Assembly (NCBI GenBank): GCA_019244185.1
Contig: JAFATB010000013.1
Location: 1 to 64,000, forward strand
Length of the DNA: 64,000 nt
Direction: 5' to 3'
Source of the DNA: Acidobacteriota bacterium
GTDB lineage: Bacteria; Acidobacteriota; Thermoanaerobaculia; Gp7-AA8
Shown: positions 1 through 10,483 of the stretch, piece after piece
Position numbering within the stretch: position 1 is the stretch's first letter
Layout: the number at the start of each line of letters is the position of its first letter
Translations under genes and position numbers: made by a program
Notes under the pieces: model-generated
Databases searched by the model: none
The model's input: only the letters and a program-made list of their open reading frames with translations
Told to the model about the DNA's origin: nothing

Positions 1-2
1 AC

Positions 3-2603
<2,601 letters not shown>

Positions 2604-2610
2604 TGAATCC

Positions 2611-2649
2611 TCGGAGCGGCGGGCGCACGACGCGCGTCCGCCGCTCCGA
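2611..2649 (+). other. GC-rich intergenic stem-loop without U-tract
   Basis: TCGGAGCGGCGGGCGC ... GCGTCCGCCGCTCCGA forms about 16 bp with one G-U pair, between the kinase and cheR. Confidence 0.5.
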
Positions 2650-2697
2650 TCCCTCACGCTCCGGCCCGTCGTTTGCTCTTGATTGCCGCAGTACGAA

Positions 2698-3555
2698 ATG
2701 GCGAATCAACCCGCACAGATCCTGGATGAGCAGGCGAAAGCCGATCTCGAAGAGATCGAGATCCGCCTGCTGACCGAGGGCATCTTCCGGCACTACGGGT
2801 TCGACTTCCGCGACTACTCGCTGCCGTCGCTGCGCCGCCGCGTCTGGAAGCGCGTGTATGCCGAGGGGCTCAGCACGATCGCGGGACTGATCGAGAAAGT
2901 GCTGCACGACCCGCAGTCGATGGAGCGGCTGCTGCTCGACCTCTCCATCAACACGACGGCGATGTTCCGCGACCCGACGTTCTATCTGGCGTTCCGCGAG
3001 AAAGTCGTTCCGCTACTGCGGACCTATCCCTTCGTGCGCATGTGGCACGCCGGCTGTTCGACCGGCGAAGAGGTCTACTCGATGGCCATCCTGCTGCAGG
3101 AGGAAGGGCTATACGACCGCTGCCGCATCTACGCGACGGACATCAACGAGGCCGTGCTGCAGAAGGCGAAGTCGGGCATCTTTCCGCTGTCGACGATGCA
3201 GGAGAACACGTCGAACTACATCACCGCCGGCGGCAGCGGCACCTTCAGCGACTACTACACCGCGCGCTACGACTACGCGATCTTCCGCCCGTCGCTGCGC
3301 GAGAACGTCGTCTTCGCGCAGCACAACCTCGTCACTGACGCGTCGTTCAATCACTTCAACGTCATCTTCTGCAGGAACGTGCTGATCTACTTCAACAACG
3401 CCCTGCAGGACCGCGTGCAGCAGCTCTTCCTGCAGTCGATGGAGATGTTCGGCATCCTCGGCCTCGGCAAGAAGGAATCGATCAAGTACACGAAGGTCGT
3501 CGACCACTACGAGGACGTCGATCCCGAAGAGAAGCTCTACCGGAGGATTCGTTGA
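2698..3555 (+). CDS. cheR: CheR-family protein-glutamate O-methyltransferase
   Basis: GFDFRDYS, TAMFRDP, WHAGCSTGEEVYS, IYATDIN, IFCRNVLIYF motifs; ATG 2698 preferred over TTG 2683. Confidence 0.93.
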   Translation: MANQPAQILDEQAKADLEEIEIRLLTEGIFRHYGFDFRDYSLPSLRRRVWKRVYAEGLSTIAGLIEKVLHDPQSMERLLLDLSINTTAMFRDPTFYLAFREKVVPLLRTYPFVRMWHAGCSTGEEVYSMAILLQEEGLYDRCRIYATDINEAVLQKAKSGIFPLSTMQENTSNYITAGGSGTFSDYYTARYDYAIFRPSLRENVVFAQHNLVTDASFNHFNVIFCRNVLIYFNNALQDRVQQLFLQSMEMFGILGLGKKESIKYTKVVDHYEDVDPEEKLYRRIR

Positions 3556-4211
3556 GCGCGCCGCAGCAGAAGCTGCCGCCGGGCATCCGCGCGTGGACCG
3601 ACGGGCGCGTCGAGGCGGCGGCGCTGCGCGCGTACGAGCTCGTCGTCATCGGCTGCTCCATGGGCGGCATGAAGGCGCTGATGACGATCTTCGAAGTGCT
3701 GCCGAAAGATTTCCCGCTGCCGATCGTCGTCGCGCAGCATCGCTACAAGACCTCGAACGAGGCGCTGCCCGCGTACTTCCGCCGGCACACGGCGCTCGAC
3801 GTCGTCGATGCGCTCGACAAGCAGTGGGTGCAGCCGGGGACGGTGTATCTTGCGCCGGCGGATTATCACCTGCTCGTCGACCGCGACGGCGAGCACGGCG
3901 AGCTCAGTCTGTCGGTCGACGCGGCGGTCGCGTACTCGCGTCCGTCGATCGACGTGATGTTCGAGTCGGCGGCCGACGCGTACGGACAGGGAGTGATCGG
4001 CATCGTGCTCACCGGCGCCAACGCGGACGGTGCGCGCGGCGCGAAACGCATCAAGCAGCGAGGAGGTTTCGTCATCGTCCAGGACCCCCAATCGGCGGAG
4101 TCGCCGTCGATGCCTGAGGCTGCCATTGCTGCCGCCCGGGTGGATCGGATTTTGCCTCTCGAACGCATCGGGCCCTTTCTCATCGAGCTGTGTCGCAGCA
4201 CCAGCCCATGA
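3552..4211 (+). CDS. cheB: Stand-alone CheB methylesterase (no REC domain)
   Basis: Catalytic S/H/D in GCSMGG, AQHR, LTGANADGARG; SRPSIDVMFES; start overlaps the cheR stop. Confidence 0.92.
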   Translation: MSAPQQKLPPGIRAWTDGRVEAAALRAYELVVIGCSMGGMKALMTIFEVLPKDFPLPIVVAQHRYKTSNEALPAYFRRHTALDVVDALDKQWVQPGTVYLAPADYHLLVDRDGEHGELSLSVDAAVAYSRPSIDVMFESAADAYGQGVIGIVLTGANADGARGAKRIKQRGGFVIVQDPQSAESPSMPEAAIAAARVDRILPLERIGPFLIELCRSTSP

Positions 4212-5800
4212 ACGACGACCGCGTCAATATCCTGCTGGTGGACGACCAGCCCAACAACCTGCTCGCCCTCGAGTCGATCCTCGCGGACATGGAGCAGAAC
4301 CTCGTCTCCGCGCAATCGGGCGCGCAGGCGCTCAAGCACCTTCTGCAGATGGACTTCGCGGTCGTTCTGCTCGACGTGCAGATGCCCGATCTCGACGGCT
4401 TCGAGACCGCGAACCTCATCCGTCAGCGCGACCGTTCGCGCGACACGCCGATCATCTTTCTGACGGCGCTCTCGCGCAGTGAGACGAACGTCTTCCGCGG
4501 CTACGAGCTCGGCGCGGTCGACTACATCTTCAAGCCGTTCCACGCGGAGATCCTGCGCTCGAAGGTGAACGTGTTCGTGGAGCTCTTCCGCAAGCGCGAG
4601 GCGTTCAAGCGGCAGGCGCAGGAGCTCTCGCGCCTCATCAAACAGAACGAGCTGATTCTCAACGCTGCGGCGGAGGGCGTGTTCGGTGTCGGCCTCGACG
4701 CGACCACGACGTTCGTCAATCCCGCCGCGGCGCGGATGATCGGCCACACGCCGGAAGAAGTCTCCGGCACCGACATCCACGCGCTCGTCCATCCGGTGTT
4801 CCCCGGCGTGGCCACGTGCGACGTGCAGCGCTGCCGTTTCTACGCGGTCGTGCACGGCGAGCCGGCCTACGAAGAGGTCGAAGAGACGTTCTTCCGCGCC
4901 GACGGCACGAGCTTCCCGGTCGAGTTCTGCGCGTCGCCGATGCGCGACGAGGTGGGCGAGCTCCTCGGCTCGGTCATCACGTTCCGCGACGTCACCGAAA
5001 AGCGCGCGGCGGCGATGGCCGCGGAAGCGGAGCGGCGCTACCGCGAGGCGGAAGCGCAGAACCGCGCGAAGGACAACTTCCTTGCGACGCTTTCACACGA
5101 GCTGCGCACGCCGATGACGTCGATCCTCGGCTGGGTGCAGTTCCTCCGCACCGGCCACTACGACGAGGAAGAGTTGCGCGAGGCGCTCGGCACGATCGAG
5201 TCGAGCGCGCGGCTGCAGGCGCGGCTCATCGACGACATGCTCGACGTTTCACGCATGATCCTCGGCAAGTTCCAGATCGACCTGCGGCCGACGCGGCTGT
5301 CCGACATCGTCGAGGCGGCGCTCACGACGGCGCGTCCCGCGGCCGTGGAGCGCGAGGTGCGGCTCACGTCGGAGATCGACGATCGCGAGGCGATGGTGCA
5401 CGCCGATCCGAGCCGCATCCAGCAGGTGATCGGCAACCTGCTCTCGAACGCGATCAAGTTCACGCCGTCCGGCAAGCACGTCGACCTGCGTCTCGACCGT
5501 ACCGACGGCAAGCTGCGCATCCGCGTGTCGGACGAAGGCGAAGGAATCGATCCGTCGTTCCTGCCGTACGTCTTCGACCGCCTGCGCCAGGCCGACACGT
5601 CGAACTCGCGCAGCGGACTGGGACTCGGGCTCGCGATCGCGCGGCACATCATCGAGCTGCACCACGGCGAGATCGTCGCCGAAAGCGAAGGCCTCGGCCA
5701 CGGCGCGCAGTTCACCGTCACGCTGCCGGTGTCCGACAGCGACACGTCCGCCGCGCGCAACGCCGCGCCGCAACACGACGCGGTCACGCTGCGGATGTAG
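4208..5800 (+). CDS. Hybrid kinase REC-PAS-HisKA-HATPase
   Basis: N-terminal ILLVDD receiver, PAS, LSHELRTPMTSI, NLLSNAIKFT, GLGLGLAI; ATGA overlap with cheB. Confidence 0.93.
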   Translation: MNDDRVNILLVDDQPNNLLALESILADMEQNLVSAQSGAQALKHLLQMDFAVVLLDVQMPDLDGFETANLIRQRDRSRDTPIIFLTALSRSETNVFRGYELGAVDYIFKPFHAEILRSKVNVFVELFRKREAFKRQAQELSRLIKQNELILNAAAEGVFGVGLDATTTFVNPAAARMIGHTPEEVSGTDIHALVHPVFPGVATCDVQRCRFYAVVHGEPAYEEVEETFFRADGTSFPVEFCASPMRDEVGELLGSVITFRDVTEKRAAAMAAEAERRYREAEAQNRAKDNFLATLSHELRTPMTSILGWVQFLRTGHYDEEELREALGTIESSARLQARLIDDMLDVSRMILGKFQIDLRPTRLSDIVEAALTTARPAAVEREVRLTSEIDDREAMVHADPSRIQQVIGNLLSNAIKFTPSGKHVDLRLDRTDGKLRIRVSDEGEGIDPSFLPYVFDRLRQADTSNSRSGLGLGLAIARHIIELHHGEIVAESEGLGHGAQFTVTLPVSDSDTSAARNAAPQHDAVTLRM

Positions 5801-5865
5801 GTTCGCCGGCGCGAGGCTCCGCCCGCCGGCGCATCGCCGGCGGACGGACACAAGACGAGCGACTC

Positions 5866-6105
5866 TTACTTCTTCTCTTCGGCAGGGATCGGCGGAATCG
5901 GCTGCGCTTCCTTCGCGTGCACCAGATTGCGCACGAGGCGCTGAATCAGACCGATCAGGCCACCGTCGCGATCGATCGAGGTGGGCGCTGCATCGCGGCG
6001 CGGGGCGCGCTGCACGGCAGCGGCGGCGGGCATGGCGACGGTAAGGGTCAGGGTGGCGAGAAGCGTAGCGGTGGCGGCGAAAGACTTGACGGACGTAGAG
6101 CGCAT
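5866..6105 (-). CDS. Small secreted protein/propeptide (79 aa) with Pro-rich C-terminal motif QPIPPIP
   Basis: Strong SD AAGGAGG 5 nt before ATG; Sec-type signal peptide (basic N-terminus, hydrophobic core, PAAAA); amphipathic LIGLIQRLVRNLV. Confidence 0.8.
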   Translation of the reverse strand: MRSTSVKSFAATATLLATLTLTVAMPAAAAVQRAPRRDAAPTSIDRDGGLIGLIQRLVRNLVHAKEAQPIPPIPAEEKK

Positions 6106-6195
6106 GAAATCCTCCTTGTTGTTGCTCTCGTATGTGGTGGCTCAGCGGGTCGCCCGCTGGAGGTGGCTGACGGGAGGGACGCCCAGAGGGGCGAG

Positions 6196-7536
6196 TCAGT
6201 CTCCGAAGCGGTCGGCCGGCTGCGCATAGAGACGCGGCTGCTCGGCCGGGAGCTCACGGAGAAACGAATGCACATGGCGGATGAGACTCGGGGTGGCCTG
6301 GCCGATGGCCAGCGCCTCGCGCAGGAAGGAGAGGGCGGTCACCGCGCGTGACGTCATGCCCGCTTTCGTGAAGCGGGCGATGAGGTCGCGGCAGATAGCC
6401 GCCACGTCCTCGGTCTGACCGTTTCCGAGCAGCACTTCAGCCAGCTCCAGCGCGACCAGCGCCGCGTCGGCGGTCATCTCGAGTTCTTCAAATTCGCGGC
6501 GCGCCTGGCGCAGGTGCGGAATCGCATCCTGCGTGCGGCCGACAGCGGCCAGCGCGCTCCCCATGGCGGCGCGGCAACGCGTCCGCTCGACGGTTCTCCC
6601 GAGGAGCTCGAATTGCGGGATACAGCGCTGCAGGTACTCGGCCGCGACTTCCGGATGGCGCAACTCGCCATGGCAGATCGCGATGTTGTACAGCAACTGC
6701 GCGGCACCCAACTCATCGAGCGCGGGATTGTTTTCGAGCGACGACCAGACTTCGAGCGCTGCGTCTACCGCCTTGGCCTGATAGAGCATGACGCCTTCCG
6801 TGATCCTGGCGTTGACGTACCGCGCCGCGTCGCCGAAGCGGAGGAACGTTTCCGCGGCCTCGCGCGTGAGCGCGACCGCCTCGTCGTTCCGATCGATGTA
6901 GCGCAGGATCAGCGCGCGGACGAGCGCCACGCGGGCGAGGTCGTACTCCGGCAGCGGCACCTGTTCGAAGAGCCGCTTCGCGCGATCGGCGAAGCTCAGC
7001 GCCTCGGGATAGCGGCCCATGAACGAGAGCACGAATGCGTGATCGCGGAACGCCTGCGCGCGCAGCTTCACCGCGTAGTCGGACGGATACTCGCTGACCT
7101 CGAGCGTGTTCGCGACTTCGATCGCGAGCGCCGTCGCGGCGAGCGCGTTGACCGGCGAGGTGCCGAGCATCGCGCGCATCCGTTCGAGGAGTTGCTTGAC
7201 CATTCCCGCCGTGAACGCGCCTTCCGCTTTGCGCAGACGCTGCGCCCACCACGAGGACGGACCGGTCAGGATTTCATCGCAGAGGATGGCCGCGCGCTCG
7301 TCCTCGCGCTTCGCGCGTTCGGCGAAGGCGACGACGTCGAGCACGAACTGGCGCGGCGCGGCGGGCGAGGGGGTCTGCCAGACATCGGAGTCACCCATCG
7401 CCGCGATGATACGACGATGGTCGCCGACTTCGGTCGCGCAATGCTCGCACGTCGAAACGTGGGACTCGATCTCACTCGCGATCGGTGAGCTTCCCTCCAC
7501 GTATTCGAACAACACCTCGTCGTCGTAGTGCGCCAT
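6196..7536 (-). CDS. zf-HC2 (HxxxCxxC) zinc finger fused to TPR-like helical repeats, cytoplasmic
   Basis: N-terminal HVSTCEHC; TPR-like helices (GRYPEALSFADRA, DRNDEAVALTREA, GRTQDAIPHLRQA); no TM or signal peptide seen. Confidence 0.85.
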   Translation of the reverse strand: MAHYDDEVLFEYVEGSSPIASEIESHVSTCEHCATEVGDHRRIIAAMGDSDVWQTPSPAAPRQFVLDVVAFAERAKREDERAAILCDEILTGPSSWWAQRLRKAEGAFTAGMVKQLLERMRAMLGTSPVNALAATALAIEVANTLEVSEYPSDYAVKLRAQAFRDHAFVLSFMGRYPEALSFADRAKRLFEQVPLPEYDLARVALVRALILRYIDRNDEAVALTREAAETFLRFGDAARYVNARITEGVMLYQAKAVDAALEVWSSLENNPALDELGAAQLLYNIAICHGELRHPEVAAEYLQRCIPQFELLGRTVERTRCRAAMGSALAAVGRTQDAIPHLRQARREFEELEMTADAALVALELAEVLLGNGQTEDVAAICRDLIARFTKAGMTSRAVTALSFLREALAIGQATPSLIRHVHSFLRELPAEQPRLYAQPADRFGD

Positions 7537-7561
7537 AAGTTACTAGATATTTACATCCGCC

Positions 7562-7591
7562 AAGATAGCGAGACGCAAATCGGTTTGTCAA
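7562..7591 (-). promoter_or_regulatory. Sigma70-type promoter for the zf-HC2-TPR/peptide genes
   Basis: TTGACA (7591-7586), 18-nt spacer, TATCTT (7567-7562) in an AT-rich patch 25 nt upstream of ATG 7536. Confidence 0.7.
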
Positions 7592-7759
7592 TAAGGTACG
7601 GAAGTTTTATTTGCGGCAGTCTCAGGCATTGCGGAAGTGTACTTTGCACGAGCCGCGCCGAAGAGTTTGCCGGAACGGCCGCTCTCCGTGTGGCAGCAAT
7701 TAAGGCATTAATCTCGCCACGAGTTCGCGCATGGCCGGATTCATGACATCATTTTCGTC

Positions 7760-8113
7760 ATGCCTGCAGAGCATTCCGTCGAACAGCACTTCGAAAAGAA
7801 GGACGCGACGGTGCGCGCGACCTACGAGGCTCTGCTTCGTGTCGCGCGCCGTTTCGGCGATGTCGTCGAAGAGCCGAAGAAAACCTCCATCCACCTCGTC
7901 GCGCGCAGTGCGTTCGCCGGCGTAGCGACGCGGCGGAACAAGCTCGTGCTCACCATCAAGTCGGCGGTTGGGGTCGAGGATCGACGCGTCGCGAAATGCG
8001 AGCAGCTCTCGGCGAACCGGTGGCACTTCGACGTTCACCTCGAGTCGCCGCACGACGTCGACGCGACCGTCGCGGCATGGCTGCGCAGCGCTTACGAACT
8101 GTCGTGCCGCTAG
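7760..8113 (+). CDS. DUF5655-like small protein
   Basis: EPKKTSIHL...AFAGV...NRWH...VDATVAAWLRSAYEL pattern resembles DUF5655. Confidence 0.7.
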   Translation: MPAEHSVEQHFEKKDATVRATYEALLRVARRFGDVVEEPKKTSIHLVARSAFAGVATRRNKLVLTIKSAVGVEDRRVAKCEQLSANRWHFDVHLESPHDVDATVAAWLRSAYELSCR

Positions 8114-8117
8114 CGCG

Positions 8118-9389
8118 CTAGGTAGACGGACGCGCGCCGGCGAGTCCCGGTCCCGGATCCGCGCCCTCGCCTGCACGTGCCCGGTCCCAGATGTTCCAGA
8201 GGACCTGGACGCCCGCCGCGCAGGCGAGCACCCCCGCAACGCTCACCGCGGAGAGGCCTGCACCCGCGGCGCCGAGCAGAAGCGCGGCAGCAATCGTGAG
8301 CATCTTGCGCGCGCCGATGATCCACGCGCGTCGTCCCGCACCGGCCTTCGCGTAGGCGATGTGGACGATGGCGTGCGCGGCGTAACACAGCGCCACCATC
8401 GCGCACACCAGCCATCGCAACGAGTCTTCGAGCTCGCCGGCATGCGCCTCGTGCGTCAGATTCCCCACGGCAATGCCCGTCGCGGCGACACCCGCCGCCA
8501 GCGGAAGATGCGCGAAGATCCAGATCTTGTACGGTCCGGTGCGATGCCGCTCGCCCACCTCGGCGATCGGTGCCTGGTCCAGCGAGTCGAAGAACCCCCA
8601 CCAGATCGAGAAACCGACGAGCAGTGAGAGACCCGCCGTCGCCAGCACTGCGCCGGACCACGGCTGGTCGCGCATCGACTCGACCAGCCCCACGAAACCT
8701 TCGCCGAGGCTGATGTTGATGAACGTGCCGAAGCGTTCCTCGATGTGATCGGGATCGGGCGGCACGATGTGATGCATGCGGGGCGAGGCGAACGGCGTGA
8801 GCAGGTCGATCGCAAATCCCAATCCCCACATCCAAAAGCGCCACGGCGCGGGAACCGCCGCCGACGCGAGCCAGAGGACACCGGCGAAGGCAAAGCCGGA
8901 CGATTGCCGTGCACATTCCTTCCGTACCTCGCGCACATAGTGCGCGGCCATCGCGTAGCGGATCGCGAGCACCAGGCGAAATGCGCCGTAGGCGAGGGCG
9001 AACGCGACGGCGCGATCCGAGGTCGCGTGCAGCGCCGTCGCCGCAATCACCAGCACCGCGCCGATCTGGACCAGCGTCAGGAGGCGGTCGCTGATGTCGT
9101 CGGTGCCAAACCGGTCGGTATACAGGACGAAGCCGACCCAGGCCCACCAGACGGGCGCGTACAGAGCGAAATAGACGAGCGTCCCATGCCCGGTGACGCT
9201 GTGCTCGAGACGTCGCGCGAGCTGGTCGACCGCGACGACGAAGACGAGGTCGAAGAAGAACTCGAGCCATGCCGTGGGGCGCGCTCCTTCCTCCGCGGTC
9301 CGCAGCCGCGGAGGCTCGTACAGCGGTCGCTCCTCCGGGCGGTGCGTGCCCGGAGCGCTCTCGGACGCTGGCTCGTTGGCGATGCGCAT
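8118..9389 (-). CDS. Low temperature requirement protein A (LtrA) family membrane protein
   Basis: WLEFFFDLVFVVAV, WWAW, HIEERFGTFINISLGE, AHLPL motifs; multiple TM helices. Confidence 0.9.
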   Translation of the reverse strand: MRIANEPASESAPGTHRPEERPLYEPPRLRTAEEGARPTAWLEFFFDLVFVVAVDQLARRLEHSVTGHGTLVYFALYAPVWWAWVGFVLYTDRFGTDDISDRLLTLVQIGAVLVIAATALHATSDRAVAFALAYGAFRLVLAIRYAMAAHYVREVRKECARQSSGFAFAGVLWLASAAVPAPWRFWMWGLGFAIDLLTPFASPRMHHIVPPDPDHIEERFGTFINISLGEGFVGLVESMRDQPWSGAVLATAGLSLLVGFSIWWGFFDSLDQAPIAEVGERHRTGPYKIWIFAHLPLAAGVAATGIAVGNLTHEAHAGELEDSLRWLVCAMVALCYAAHAIVHIAYAKAGAGRRAWIIGARKMLTIAAALLLGAAGAGLSAVSVAGVLACAAGVQVLWNIWDRARAGEGADPGPGLAGARPST

Positions 9390-9446
9390 GAGTTCAGTCA
9401 GCGCGACGATTTCTCGAGCGAGACCAGGGCGGCGCGGGGCGCGCGA

Positions 9447-10169
9447 TCATGATCGCCAGCGGCGATTCGAAGCCATGAGGCCGACAGCAATCGCGCCAGC
9501 GACGAGCGCCGTGCGGAGTGACGGACGCGGCGTCCACTGCATCGTTTTCACGACGAGCGCCGGCGGCTCGACGCGCTGCGGATCGGACGTCGTCCGCGCC
9601 GATGGCGACGTTCGCCCGGGCTCCGTTTCGGCGAAAAACTCCAGAATCGCGGGCACGAATGCCTGCATGTCCTGGGGGCCTCGACTGGTCAGCAGGTTGC
9701 CGTCGCGAACGAGCTCCTGGTCGAGCCAGACGGCGCCGGCGTTGACGAGATCGTCGCGCACGCCCGGCCACGAAGTCATGGTGCGCCCTTCGAGCAGTCC
9801 AGCCGACGCGAGCACCCACGGACCGTGACACAACGTCGCGATCGGTTTGCGCGCCTCGTCGAACGCGCGGACGAACTCGCGCGCGTCCGCCGATTGCCGG
9901 AGAAGATCGGGGTTGATGAAGCCGCCCGGAATCAGCAGCCCGTCGTAGTCATCCGGATCGGTCTCGGCGATCGTCGCGTGCACGTGAACCCGGCTCGCCG
10001 GCTCGTGCAGATTGACGCCGCGAATGCGTCCGTGACGCAGCGAGATGACGTGGCAGGTCGCGCCGCTGAGACGCAGCGCGTTCACTGGAACGGTGAGCTC
10101 GACTTTCTCGAATCCGTCGGCGGCCAGCACCGCGATGCGACGGCCCTTCAGCTTGCGTTGGAATCTCAC
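9447..10169 (-). CDS. PfpI/DJ-1 family type 1 glutamine amidotransferase-like protein with C-terminal TM
   Basis: IAVLAADGFE, LLIPGG, PDLLR, TLCHGPW, VRDGNLLTSRGP; GTG 10169 preceded by GAGGGGG. Confidence 0.88.
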   Translation of the reverse strand: MRFQRKLKGRRIAVLAADGFEKVELTVPVNALRLSGATCHVISLRHGRIRGVNLHEPASRVHVHATIAETDPDDYDGLLIPGGFINPDLLRQSADAREFVRAFDEARKPIATLCHGPWVLASAGLLEGRTMTSWPGVRDDLVNAGAVWLDQELVRDGNLLTSRGPQDMQAFVPAILEFFAETEPGRTSPSARTTSDPQRVEPPALVVKTMQWTPRPSLRTALVAGAIAVGLMASNRRWRS

Positions 10170-10288
10170 CGTTGCACCCCCTCGCTTTGCATGGGCTGCA
10201 ACGTGCGTGCGCGGCACCTGCTGAGATCGATCGAGTGACGGCCCTCCTCAGGTGGGGGATGCCGCTGAGTTCAGTCGATCGAAAACCG

Positions 10289-10363
<75 letters not shown>

Positions 10364-10483
10364 AGGTCGGACATTGCGCACAACGCGTGGAGACGCGCGG
10401 CGATTGCCGCGGCGGCGCAGTCTAGCAGAAGCGCGCTTGCCGTTTTCCGCGGGCACGTCCTGTGCTCGGGGGAGCGTTTGCAG

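Noticed and set aside
5797-5850. GTAG followed by CGCCGGCG palindromes as a second REP
   Set aside because: No similarity to the 28761 element beyond GTAGG; more likely a convergent-gene hairpin.
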